Of a DNA stretch of 64,000 nt, positions 39,307 to 52,500 are shown piece after piece. A program made the position numbers and the translations under genes. The notes under the pieces are model-generated. The model was not told the DNA's origin, did not search any database, and worked only from the letters and a program-made list of their open reading frames with translations. This stretch comes from Nemertoderma westbladi (lineage: Eukaryota > Animalia > Xenacoelomorpha). Every line of letters begins with the position of its first letter. The stretch's first letter is position 1. The stretch covers positions 8,932 to 72,931 of the forward strand of contig JAUCBJ010004773.1 in NCBI GenBank assembly GCA_032718475.1, given 5' to 3'.

Positions 39307-41434
39307 TAGGAATTGGTGAGTGCCTGCGACGGATCATGGGCCGTGCCATGGCAGAGGCGACCGGGGACGACATCACCAACACGTGCGGAGCGGAGCAGTT
39401 GTCGGCTGGCACCTCTGCGGGTGCTGAGGCGGCTATCCACTCGATGGCGGCAATATTTGAGGATCGGCGCGATGATGGGTGGGGTGTTCTCCTGGTGGAT
39501 GCATCAAATGCATTCAATGCACTAAACAGAACGGCAGCTCTGTGGAACGTCCGCCAACTGTGGCCCCGGTGTTCACTGTTCTTGTTCAACAGTTACCGGG
39601 GTCACAGCATCCTCATAGTCCGCGGAACAGAGGAGGTGCTGTTCAGCGAGGAAGGGGCCACGCAGGGTGACCCATTAGCAATGCCGTTCTACGCGTCGGG
39701 TGCACTCCCTCTTATTCGTCGTCTAAGAAGCACCAAGACTCGCCAGAACTGGTATGCCGACGACTCCGCGACAGCAGGAAAGCTAGAATATGTTCTTGAC
39801 TGGTTCCTCCTGCTGCAGCATCACGGCCCCACACTCGGCTACTACCCAGAGCCTACGAAATGCTTCCTTGTAGTTGACGAAGCCTTTCTGGATGAGGCCA
39901 ACGGGGTTTTCGCGGGTCACCCCATCAACATCGTAACGGGACACCGCTTCCTCGGGGGGTTTATTGGTGGGACGGACGACCAGAAGACGTTTGTAGGGGC
40001 GAAGGTAGCAGCGTGGGTCGCTTCTGTCGATAAACTGTCTGAGATGGCTGAGGCCCAGCCGCAGGCCGCATTCGCAGCGATGGCCTGTTCTCTGCAAAGA
40101 GAATGGGCATATCTCCAGCGCGTCACACCTAACTGTAGCCTTGAGTTTGAGGACCTGGAGCGCGCCATCGCGGAGAAGTTCCTCCCAGCCGTTTTCAATG
40201 GAGATGTGTCAGTGAAGGAACGTAGCTTGTTCGCCCTGTCCCCTCGCACTGGCGGCATGGGCCTACGCAACCCCGTCACAGAGGCCGCCATTTCCTACAG
40301 GGTGTCACAAAGAGGAACGCGAGCCCTATCACGGGCAATCCTGGGCGATGACGAATTCTCTCTGGCGGGACATCTAGAATGCCTCCAATATGCGAGGAAG
40401 GCTGGGCGGTTAGAACAGCTAGCCCGCGAGGAAGGCCAGAATAAGGAAGCGGTGGAGGAGATGCCTAAAGACCGGCGAAGGACTATCCAACGCGCTGCGG
40501 ACTACCGCTCGGGTGGGTGGATCTCCTCCCTCCCGATATCGGAACACCAGCTGGATCTTTCGCCCCAGGAGTTCAGGGACGCGCTGGCCATCCGGTATGG
40601 CCGTCACTTAGCATCGGTTCCAAGCCGCTGTGACGGATGCGGGGCCGCCTTCGACATTAACCATGGGTTAAATTGTAAGAAAGGCGGCCTCGTAATACAG
40701 AGGCATAATGAGCTGCGGGACCTCGTGGGGAACATCGCGGCCCAGGCGTTCGGCTCACGCAACGTGGTGTTGGAACCCATCGTCCGGGAACAGGCGGGGA
40801 TTGAGGACAAGGCGGGGCTACGGTGCGACATCGGGATTCGGGGCGCGTTTGAGAGTCAGACCCAGGCGTTGACTGATATAAAGGTAATGAACCTTGACGC
40901 CGGGTCTTACTCAAGCCGCTCCCCAATGAGTGTTCTCGAGTCCGCTGAGGATGCTAAGAAGCGGCTCTATGCCGACGCCGTTTCTGATCGTCGTGGCAAC
41001 TTCTCCCCGTTTGTCGCCTCGTGCGACGGGATCGTGGCTCCACAGGCCAACAAACTGCTCCGGACCTTTGCAGAGAGGCTGCATCGCGCGTGGGGGAAAC
41101 CCTACAGTGTGGTAATGGGCTGGGTCCGGACCCGAGTCCAACTCGCCATTAGCCGCGGGGCTTCCCACTGCCTCCGTGGATCCCGGGTGAATTGGCGCAG
41201 CGGACTGGGCCTGGAGGACGGCGCCGGGCTGCCCTCAATGGCCTATTACTAGGCAACCAGCAACCGCCCCTTCAAGTAATAAAACATTTTAATATGCATC
41301 AAATACTAAATACTTGATTAACAAAGTATAGTTTTTAATTGTTTTGTGTTTGTATTCGTATTTTGTGATCTCGTCTCGTGCCTAATATTTCTTTTTTCTA
41401 TTACATTTATCAGCCAATAAAAAGAGGGAGAACC
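39307..41434 (+). mobile_element. 5'-truncated CRE-clade-like non-LTR retrotransposon (RT + CCHC finger + restriction-like endonuclease), ORF open to 41252
   Basis: DASNAFNALNR, EGATQGDPLAM, WYADD, CDGC..H..C, RHNELRD, RCDI..DIKV..KKRLY; 12-bp TSD gtttatcacaaa at 39295-39306 and 41435-41446; AATAAA at 41416. Confidence 0.88.
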
Positions 41435-41637
41435 GTTTATCACAAACTGATAACATCGCCTTCACTCATATATATTTTAGGAAAGACGGTTTTCGTATAT
41501 CTAATACAGATTAGTAAAATGTACTTTCTAATATAGGCTCTCGTGCTGCGCGAAGGCCCCACGAACGTGTATCACTAGTAGATTGGGTTAAACCGTTGGT
41601 AATGTATGCTGATGGATGATGTCTCAATTACTGATAG

Positions 41638-41883
41638 GTTGTGGACCGCGGAGTAGAAGCTGTTGAGAAACTCATGGACAAGACGTTCCCCGATGGAGAT
41701 ACGGCCTACCTTGTGGTGTCGGACCATGGGATGACAGACTGGGGGTCCCACGGTGCTGGGCATCCTCACGAGACTCTTGTTCCACTCCTGGCCTGGGGAG
41801 CAGGCGTTAATGGTCCCGCAAAGGCGAAACGGGGTGCGTTGGAGTCACATGATTGTGAGAGAAGTTCCTGGGGTCTCACTAAG
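41638..41883 (+). CDS. PIGN: PIGN exon 4
   Basis: Acceptor gatag|; VVDRGV...TAYLVVSDHGMTDWGSHGAGHPHETLVPLLAWGAGV; donor AAG|GTTGGT. Confidence 0.93.
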
Positions 41884-42187
41884 GTTGGTTGACGTATATT
41901 TGTTTGTTATTATAAGAGCAAAAGTTATATATCGTATAATACGGATGTTTTGGTATACCGGTAGTAAATTAATGTTACAATTATTATCATAAATAAATGC
42001 GGCTTTTAGGTGAGAAATAGTTTGTGGAGCGGACGCCATTTAACGTATCCTAGTTAATCAAAGATTACCAAATATAAGGCTTAATTGATTATCTTATTAT
42101 TACAATTGATTTATAATTGATGTATATATATACCCTACTAAAATAACTATTTATGGCCACGGAAATAAAATAGTACTTTATATCCCG

Positions 42188-44388
42188 TGTAAAGTCCTCT
42201 ACGGTGGGGGCTATCCTACGGCCTACAAGTCTACTAATATGAAGCTATAGAATATCTCTAACCGTGGAGTCCAGTAGTATACCGCTTACCAGATCCTAGT
42301 AACGATGTATCTTACTATGAGACTCTAGTAATGAAACGGGCTCGTACAGTATCTGACAACAAATCCCAGTCCAGGATATCTAAACAAACAGATACAATAC
42401 ACAAACTACTACTGGCGAGGAGCAGAGCCTGATGTCTATTCTATGTACGTGAGCGGGTCTAATGCCTACGTACTAGACAAAAGGATACCTGTCCTCTAAC
42501 CGGTATGGCAGATGTACAGTTACAGTAACAGACCAAACTCACGGGAAAACAATCCCCGCGCAGCGAATCCTAACTATCACTGACAGTCCTAAATACAGTA
42601 ACTTGCCGCGGTGTGATTTATATGGTTTATATACGAGCTAAGTGGGTTACAGACCTAGCGTTACAATACTGATCTCCCTGTCTGAATCAGTCTAAAAAAG
42701 GTCGTGCCTAATGTAACAATACTGCTGAGCCGAAAACAACAGTTTAATAACGAAAATGAAATACTCCCTTTGCCGTAACTAAATATCAGATCCTAATTTA
42801 CAAATACAGATAAATTCTGCCTAAAGTAATATAAAGTGCGCTATAACTAGTAGAACTCTAAGGGTAAATATGTTTTAGGGCGTGTGTGTGTGGGTGTGTT
42901 ACAATAAAACAATTTTGGTGTATATATTTTCACTAGGTTTTAGTAATTTTCTGACCGAAACGATACCGTGCGCTAGCTACTAAAATAAACTAGTCGCGTT
43001 TTGTAGAACTTTATACTTACAAATGACGTCAAAGCTCTCTCCTTCTTATCCACAACTCAAATGGGCAACCACGGTGTTAGTAACTACACCCGTGATCGGC
43101 ACAAATACCAGATTCTGGTTGTAAGATAAGAAATAGGGGTTAATCGCTACCGTACGTTAGCTGATCTGGTATACAAATTTGATTCTAGAACTTTGTTGCC
43201 GCGGTAGTTAGCAGCAAATACCTATCAGTACGTGGCAAGGCGCGGTAGGATATTAATAAAACCTCCCTAGGCCAAGCGGTGTGCCGGTAGCAGAAATACT
43301 CCTTGCCTGATCAAATAACTAACTTCAGGCAGGGGGGGGGGGGGGGGGGGGGGGGTACTAATGTATGTTCTACAAAGCGAACCGGTACCAAACAGTCAGT
43401 GCTAACAAATCACTAAATTATGGAACGTATGCTGTCCGTACCTAATATGTACTTGCGCACTGACGAACGGCAATAGTTCGCACCCGTAAGACATACAGGT
43501 AACCCAGGGATTTGCAGGACTGACAAAGGGATTCTGTCTAAATATAATTATTTGATCCTAAATTTTGCGGCGTCCAGGACGGCGTCACGCTTACCCTGAT
43601 CTATAGGTCTTACGGCGGGCAAGGGCGTCGAACAAAGTCTTACCTTCATCGGAAGTCGGGCGCTGCATGGCAAGTTGAGTATTTCGTTGGGCGAAGGGGG
43701 TGCGCGGTCAAATCTAATGTGGGCGCTAGCGTGTTGTGGACATCTTTCCCTTGCGTTGCTGACGGCCTAACGGTCTAGGCTGCCATCTTCCCGATGTTTG
43801 GCTGTCCCAAAGTTGGACCAAAAGAAAACATGTTCAGGAGTTTGCAGTGTATTTACAGTTTAGCAAAGATTTATCAAACAGAATTACAAATAGTTTCAAC
43901 AAGAAACCAACAAAGTATAACGAAATGATTAGTGCATCTAGAGTAGTGAGTTTGAGACAAGTGAAGTAAGTGATAACCGAAGGCAAACCAGCCCTTTATA
44001 TACTAAATCTGGGACATAGAATTCACTAGAACCTTCGAGAGTATTCGATGGCCTCACATTGGAGCAATAAGATATTCCATGCCTTATGATTGGCCTAACT
44101 CATCGTTCGATACTTTGTACGCACCTCATTGGCTTACCAATTTGTACCAAATGAAAATAAATGGCCCCAAAATACAAATTTCCCGACCAAGATTCGAACT
44201 CGTAACCTATGTAATGCAACCAACGCCTTAACCATCTGACCACTACGCCACGAGAGTAACTAGGGGTTTTTATGTATACAAATATGAATAGGCATATTAC
44301 ATTACTGTAACTTAATCAAAGTGCGTCGGATTTTCGAAAGTTTTTACGTTATACTACAAATGCTATTCTATAGTGAAATAATTCATCA
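42188..44388 (-). repeat. 3' LTR (2201 bp)
   Basis: Direct repeat of 59428-61653. Confidence 0.95.
44180..44254 (-). ncRNA. tRNA-derived (SINE-head-like) Pol III A/B-box cassette in the 3' LTR
   Basis: Minus strand GGCGTAGTGGTCAGATGGTTAAGGCGTTGG...CGAGTTCGAATCTTG; no proper acceptor or anticodon stem. Confidence 0.55.
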
Positions 44389-45080
44389 CCGCTCCATGAA
44401 AACAGTAAGTAAGACTGTTTTCACCAATCGAAATACAAAACTATTTACAAACTACTTCTAAATCTACTGGTGGGGCCTAAAATATAAAATAATCACTATC
44501 TAATTATTGCATACTTAATATTGCAGGTACAGCGTAAATACAATCCATCATACATACAAAATACAAATTTACCAATTAACTTTAGTGCCTAAAATACAAA
44601 AAAGGCTTTCGGTTATCAAGATAAACAAATTAAACAAATCAGAACAAAATAAATCAAAACGAATCGAACAAATAATTGCAACTCTTTCAATAAATCTTTA
44701 TATATTGTAAATATACATAATAAACTTCCACCAAATTAAATCAGTCCAAATATAAAATAAACATAAGGCGCTAAAATCTTTCAAATAAGTCTTAAAGTGT
44801 CCTCCTGACGATCTAAATAGTTCGTCCTGCTGGTCTGGATGTCTTCTCCTGAGCACTAATTGCTAACGGTAGGCTCGCAAGCCTTCCTTCTCTATCTCGC
44901 TCCTCCAAAACCAACATTCAATATAGATACCCAAATATAATATCCAAACATAAAATATCCAATGTAAATATCCAAATATAAAATATCCAATATAAAAATC
45001 CAATATAACATCCAAATAAAATATCTGAATATAAATATCCAAATCGGTAGGCTCGCAAGCCTTCCTTTCTTCTCGCTTTC

Positions 45081-48000
45081 CTAATCCTTGGCTGATCGGG
45101 CTCGTCCACGTCCTCTAATGCGACTGGGTGGTGGTCGAGATCGAACTGGACTCGGACTTCGGTGTCGAGTTGTAGGTGGTTCCAAAATGCTAGGAAAGGG
45201 GACGACGGGAGTCTCGCACATCCGTCGTGCGCTCAGTCCTCTAAATCCTCGTCCGATTCCAACTGTCGGCTTAACGTCGGATCGAGTTTCTACAACGCTG
45301 GGAGGAAGTTGAAAGGGTAGGACCGTTCCGTCCGTTGACACCTTGCTCTCTGACGTCGTTTGAATCCTAATGGGTTCCGGCAAAGCCTATCCTGTCCCTC
45401 CGCGTGGTTCTCTAGCGAGGGAAACTGTGCCCCGAGTCATCCGGATTTGCGACTTCGATGTCGTCCTCTCGGCGACATTTACTACTTTCTTTATCTCTTG
45501 TCCGGCCTTTTGGGCTCTGAGTATACGAAGTTGCGGATCATCCTGTGGGTGACGTGTCTTTTCAGCTAACGGCGTGGCCTTGAAGCCAGTCTCACGCAAA
45601 ACGTCGGTCTCGTCTAGAATGCACGAGGTTACGCGTTTGTGATAAAATGCGCTCCTGTATGCCCAAGCTATCGAATGCCAAGCTCCTCGATTCCGCTGTT
45701 CAACTCGCAATTTGTCGAATTCTCCGGCGGTAATCTTGTTCACCACAGTTTGAAAGTTCCAAGTATTCTTGTTGTCGGGGTGTACCTGTAGAAAGTAGTC
45801 CCGCACAACTTTAAATCCGCTATCCAGTGGCAATATATCCAGCACCTCCAGAAGTTTGTCGTACTGAGGCATAGCCGAAACGTATCCTTCCTTCGACATT
45901 ATGAGAGGGTTTACGGCCCAAAATCCCAAGTGGGCTCTCATAGGAAAACGGTGTCGCTGCGTTGATACATGCTCGTCTGCTAGATTCTCCCAATGGTCGA
46001 ATAGCTGTCGAACGATTTTAACTGACATATGCTCATAGGGAACATCCCTAAGTTGACATTCGGACGCCCTATGGCCTTTAATATTGCAATATGTGCACTG
46101 CGCCACAAAACGCCAGCAAGTGTAGAAAGTGTGCGAACGCTGATCCCCACACCAGTTGCATACCAAGTCCGGTAGAGATATGTGTTTCGCTCCGCATTTC
46201 TTTGCGTGGTGGCCAGTTGCCCCGCATCTGCCACAAATAGTGTTGACAGGGTACCAAACTCGCTCATAGATAAGATCTCCGATGGGGCGAGCGCTACCGT
46301 CCATGTGATAATTCTCATCATCTGGGTCAGTCGGTATGTTCGTCTCCGTGGGTTGTACACAAACCATGGCATTGCTTTTCTCCAACTCGCGTATCTCAGT
46401 TCGCGTCTTCCTCGGAAGATTCTCCTCTATTTCTATGAGTTGCCGCAACGGTTCGTCTATTAGCGCCAACTCGGTCGGATCCACATCGTCGTGATGGGCG
46501 GTAGGCTCGCGAGCCTTCCAGGATCCTTCCGGGCGTTCGAATTCCGCGTGGTGTTCCCCGTCGTAGGGTACTAACGTTAACATCGACGGTCTGTCGACTA
46601 GGCTTCCCGCGTGAGTGAGATAGACGTCCCTGAAAACGCTAAGTCCCGCTCGCGTGAAAACTTCGCAGTGCGCATCGGTGTTATAAAAGGGTTGGAGAAA
46701 TTGTCGGAATACATCCGTATGCGTCCTTCCTCCGTCGTAAAATGTATGTCCTTCACCGAGACATAACGGATGTCGCTTCAGAGTCCTAGACACAACATCG
46801 GCGATGAAGCAGACGTTGACCGAAGATTCTATCGCCAAGTAATATTGTAAGATTATTCGCGGAGGTGAAGTAATCGCCCAGTACTCGCAACCTTGCCACT
46901 TTAGCTGTGACTCGAACTCGTTTACATCGGGAGTGTCTCCCTCTCCATATACGTCCGTGTATTTGCTCCTCTTACTCTCCTTATAATCCCAACTGAACAT
47001 TAGATATGAGATATAACCCGTCCCAGTTTTTCGCGTGTTATACTCCCTAAAGTATCCTTGCTCGATAGCCCAAAGCAACAATGGTCTAGTATCCACGTAT
47101 GGTGTAGGCAATCGGTCCTCTTCTGTGGGCATCCCTGCAAAGTCGCTAATAAGGTCATCCCATACACCGGATCCGATCTTGACGATGCTTTTGTCTAACA
47201 CAATGTCTCGCACGGCCTTTGGCAACATCCTAGCTTCTATGCTACAAGCCAGGTCCATGGATTTAACTATCCGTTTTATCATCGCGTGTCTTGCGTCGTT
47301 CCTTCTGGCATAGGCATCTTTCTATCGCTTCTTTGTCGGCTGAAAACATGTAACACGCCATCTGGTGCTCTAATCTGTATAGTCTTCGAAGTGAGGCTTT
47401 GCTGGTGGCTTCCTCCTTCATTATCGTAAAACATGTAACCATTCTCCTTCAGAGATCGGCTAGTCACGTCCCAATCGTCGAGTAAATCGTCGGTAGGGTT
47501 CCAAATTCTCCCAATCGACTTTTCATCATCGAAACTAATAGGTTTTCCGGTCCAATTGGTCGCGATGTCGGTATCGGTCTCGAATGTTCCGACTCCGATC
47601 CATAATCGAATCGTTCTCGTCAGATATCCTCGCAAGATACAAGGTGCGATATCCGTCCCCGCGCGATCCACTTCCTTAAAATTCGTAATATGTGGAGGCA
47701 CATTGCGTACGATTTTCTGAACTATTGTTCTACGCAACTCGGCTGACTCTAACACATCACCATAGGTAACCGATGGGAGGAAATCCAGGTTCGAAATGAT
47801 CTCCGGGTGTTCAACTATAGGGATCTCGTAAGTTGTCTCCTTCCGGGTCGGTATACTAATAGGAAAACTAGTTGGTCTCGCAATCGGTACTATCGTTCCA
47901 GCAAAATGGGGTTGAGGTTCTCGCGTCATCTCGACATGAGGTATCTGTAGTCTCTGCGACAAATGCTGAGCAAAGGTGATACTATCGAAGAGCTCGGGTG

Positions 48001-48808
48001 TCATCTCCTTAGGTTCAGTTTGATCGTGGGATATCCAATAGAATGGTAGGCTCGCGAGCCTTCCGCCGAACTCCTCGATCTCGCCTTTCTCGTACGCCTT
48101 GTACACCCTGTAGAGGCTCAAAGCTTCCCGTTTCTCTTGCGTCGACTTATTAGATTTGTCCACTACCATGCTGTAGACATCTGGTTCGACTAATTTAGGT
48201 TCGTTAATAACGATCCCACCCGCGTTCGCTCCACTCATTTTAAACGAATGATACGGATTTGTCAAAGGGTATCCGCCTTCTTGGTAACGTAGACTTTGGT
48301 GGTATGAGCATCGCGCTAATATCGGCTCGGGGTTCTCCGAGTTCAACCGTATAGGAATCGCGTTGTCTTGCTCACGCATACACGCTCCACATTTATAAAA
48401 CAGTTTGTATATGGAGAACGCGTCCTTGGTCTCTGGATCCGCTCCTCGAGCGCGTCTATAAAGATGCATTCCTTCAAATTCGTCTCTGGCTGCAGGTAAG
48501 GGTTCATTTACCGTCAAGTATTGCAGCATATGATATAATCGGCGTATTTCGGTGTCTGGATCCTCGCAAATGTCGCTAGCATTGAACTCCGCGCGTAATT
48601 CCTCCGTTCTTTTGTTATATGCGTCCAATCGTTGTCGCGTAACATTCGGGTCCGCCTTGGATTTAGCGAGCTTGGCTGTACTCCTAGCCATACTCTCCAC
48701 TCCAAACACACTAAAGTTTTTAGCTCCATAACGATTAAATGGCGCCTGATGCTCTTGTTCCTGCGTAAACCCTTGACGTAACTCTTTATAAATCTTCTCC
48801 GCCATCAT
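45081..48808 (-). CDS. Accessory ORF in the env position (about 1240 codons; one frameshift near 47320 and one in-frame TAG at 45387-45389): DEDDy-type 3'-5' exonuclease-like domain, three zinc knuckles, Arg/Ser/Pro-rich tail
   Basis: FYDNEG..TIQI, LPKAVRDIVLDKSIVKIGSGVWDDL, YVDTR, W...LQYYLAIES; CGRCGATGHHAKKC, CNWCGDQRSHTFYTC, CTYCNIKGHRASEC; no signal peptide or TM segment. Confidence 0.7.
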
Positions 48809-49540
48809 ATACGCGTATATATGGTTACATATCGTTACGTTTCTACTAGATGAAACACAAAATAGAGGTTAGATGTGAGGTGACTTAGAGTTTGTCGGCT
48901 TTTGGCTCAACTTTGCTCTAAACCCCAACCCATTTGCCTAATGACTTCGGGTTCGCGTGATTTCGCACTGGCTCCTAATCCAAAAAAATGTGCCGATAAA
49001 AAACGAATTCCGGGTAAACTAGCCGCGAGTCTAAAATACTCACCTTTTAATTTCCCAAACTACATTCCCAAAAGAAAATAATGCAGGCGAGAATTAATTC
49101 GGTCTAAATAATAGTAGACACGACTACGTAGAACAAGGCCGGTTTTCTTTTCCAAAAAAATTTTTCGGTAGGCTCGCAAGCCTTCCATCCGCTCTTGTCA
49201 TCCCCAATTTTAATTTTTATCTAGTTGTATTCTAGAATTCGCATTCACTGGAGAATCATTTTTCTTAAATTTAAATCCAACTAAATGGATTTGTCTAATA
49301 ATTTTTGAAAAATTGTCTCACTTGTGGGTTCCAAGTGGAATTCCATTCCTACTGTACACACAATCCCGCTCCTATGTGATACATAAGGGTACTACCCTCC
49401 ATGTTCACATATAAAGACAATGGAATTCCACCGCTGTCTCTATCTACAGTGAAGAGGATTACAAATGCACATACAGTAATACAAATACTAATTTACTAAA
49501 ATACGGTAGGTCTATGTGGCGGCCAACCAAGGTCCCACAT

Positions 49541-52500
49541 CTATTTACTAATATTGGGTGGAGATTTGTAGTCTCCTGTCTCGTTTCTAGTCTCCTCAAG
49601 GAGCACGAGACGTTGTACAGGTCTGTCTACGGTACGACCGTCGATAGTCCTTACAGTAACTGTCCTCACTACACCAGATGTAGGGTGCGTGGTCAAAATG
49701 ACTCCAGTCAGCCAAAACCGTCTTTTCAGATTGGCTTCAGCCAATAAAACATGGTCACCACGTCTTAAACATCGGGTATTAAGATACCAAGAGGTTCTGG
49801 TCAAAATAGAGGGCAAATAATATTTCTGCCATATTTCCCAGAATTTATTTGCAAGCAATTGAGTGGTTTTCCAAGCCTCGTTGCCGTATCCGTCGCTATC
49901 AACGGGTACCGAAATGGGCAACAATGTCGTCGGCGCCTGCATAAGCAGGTGCGCTGGTGTCAAGGCAAACTGTGCATCGTTATTGTCTGGGATCAAAGCG
50001 ATCAGTCTAGTGTTCAAAATCGCTTCAATTTCTATTAACAACGTCGTCAGTTGGTCGTCTGTCAGTATGTGTTGCGTCGGTACGACTTTAGCCATAGCTG
50101 TTTTAATTGAACCAATCAGTCTTTCCCAAACGCCGCCTCTCCACGGACTGTCTGGAGTATTGAAATACCAAACAATACGGTGAGGACGTAGTTCCTCAGA
50201 AATCTGGTTTTTGTCCAACTTTCTCAAAGCTCTGGTTATCTCGTTCCGTGCACCCACAAAGTTTGTCCCTTGGTCGCAGTAAATGGATTTGACCAATCCA
50301 CGTCTAGCGATAAATCGCCGTAAGGCTAGGATAAAGGCATTGGTGGTCAAATCTGTCACTCGCTCTATATGGACAGCTCTGCTGGCCATGCAAGTGAAGA
50401 TCAGTCCCCAACGTTTTACCTGTACCCTTCCGCGTTTCGCGATTATGGGTCCAAAACAGTCTATCCCTGTCTCAGTGAAAGGGGGTCTAAATGCCTGTAA
50501 TCTTGCTAGTGGTAGTTCACTCATTTCTTGGTGTCCTATCCTCGCGTGCACCTTCTTACAAATCATACAGTTCCGTGTTACCGAACTCAGTGCCTTACTA
50601 GGTCTAATCAGTACAAACCTGGAGCGTAAGTGTGATAGACAGTGGTGTCTACCCACATGTTTGAGTTGTACATGTGCGTCCAGTATCATAGCGCGCTGTA
50701 ATTCATGGTGTTGCGGTATGATGATAGGATACCTAAAGTCAAGTGCAAAGTCAATGTTTTGGAGTCTGGACTTGTGACAAAGTAAGCCCCGGTAAATAAT
50801 CGGACTCCAACTCAAAATCGGTGAAGACTTAATCTGTTTACCTTGGTTGATCGCTGTGAACTCTCGTGCGAAATATCGCAATTGATAATGTCTAATGATA
50901 TCAACTTCACAATGGCCAACTTCCTTTAAGGTAAGTCTTCTAGGAAAGTCGCATTTGCCTCTGGCATATTGTCTCAAACGTTTGAGCCATGCTAACTTGC
51001 GGCACGCGTCAGTCCATGATCTAGTTAGGTTCACTATCCTGTCAACGTAAGTGTTAGTGACGTCATCAGGTAAGGTATAGTCATAGTGTGGATACTTGTC
51101 TGGACTTGGTAGGCCCACGGGCCTTCCGGTAGGTTTGTCTGAGTCCCCAAGTACGTCAATCTCTACGGTCTTACCTTTACCGTCGCTCCTAATGTGTCGA
51201 CTGGCAGTAACGGTTTCAACTCTACAGTGTCAGTGTGTTCCTGTGAGCCTGTAAGCTTCCTAACCTTAGTCACACGTTTACCTGTAGGTGGTAAGTCAAG
51301 TACTTTCTTTGAGCGGAGTGTGATCGCTGTGGCCACACCTTTGTCGTCCAAAGAAGTCAAATTCGGTAAGTTTCTAAATGTCCGCTCCAATGGGTCTTCT
51401 AGTGGAGTGTCTAGTAGACAGTCTGGTGAAGCGTCCGGTGAACAGTCTGGTGAGACGTCTGGTGAGACATAGCGCGGAACTTCCAGCGAAATGTCCTGTC
51501 GTCGGTCCCAAGGTCTGTCTGGCATATCTTCTGTCAGAAAGTCTGGTCCAAAGTCTGGTGGACAGTCTGTCGAGATGTCTGGTGGAAAGTCTGGTGAGAC
51601 GTCCGGTAGACATTCTGTCGAGAGTTCCATCAAACAGTCTGGCGAACAATCCGGAGAACAATCTGGTGTCGCTTCTGGTGAATAATCTGGCGAGTAATCT
51701 GGTGAACAATCCGGCGAAACGTCTGGTGAAATCTCCCGCGGAACATCCGGTGAAGGATTCGTACAAGCGTCTGGTCGAGTGTCTGGTGAGACATCTGGCG
51801 TAATGTCAGGTCTGGCGTCTAGGTCATCAGATTTCGTCCGTCCTTGTTTCCTCTTGACCTTGGTGTTGGCTTTCGCTTTGGACTTGACAACCTTGTTGAT
51901 TTTTATCTCGGCACCCTCTGGTATGGTATTGGTTGTCGCGTCGAATAACGGTGGCCATTCGTCTGATGGTCGCTGTAGGAAATCGGGTCCTCTAAACCAA
52001 AAGGATTTATTGTCCGGTTTACAAAAGTCAAGCGGTTGCATCCCCCGTGACGCGATGTCAGCTGGGTTCAGCTTCCCTGGACAGTGACGCCAATCTTGTT
52101 TGAGCGACCGGTCTAATATTTCAGCCCGTCTGTTGGCTACGAGAGTCTTGAACTCAAACGCTTTGTTGTTTATGTACCAAAGTACCAACGTCGCATCCGT
52201 CCAATATGTGACCTTCAAGTTAGCCTCCAGCTCGCGTTGAACTAGACTGACAATATTGGTGGATATCGTCCCGGCTTGCAGCTCCCCACGAGGTACAGTC
52301 ATATACTTCAATGGCATTGTTCTAGCTCTTGAAGTAACGAGAGACACTTCGTAGCTGTCCGATGTCACTTGTCGTCTAAGGTACAAAGTAACCCCCAATC
52401 TATCCTTGCTAGCGTCACTAAAGCTGTGAAGCTCTAAATCGTCTGGAAAGGTGGTTTGCAAAGGAAAGTATACCCTCGGTATGGTATAGTCTTGTAGGAA

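Noticed and set aside
17171-43355. Poly-C/G runs of 21-24 nt (17171, 25412, 27297, 43332) as functional G-quadruplex elements
   Set aside because: Homopolymer lengths are unreliable in assemblies and the sister LTR has only G6; no independent support.
44180-44254. Functional tRNA gene
   Set aside because: Only D- and T-arm-like parts are present; no convincing acceptor or anticodon stem.
45387-48808. Envelope glycoprotein, or two genes coupled by an ATGA stop-start overlap at 47279-47282
   Set aside because: No signal peptide or TM helix; the exonuclease motifs straddle the junction, so a single frameshifted ORF is more parsimonious.
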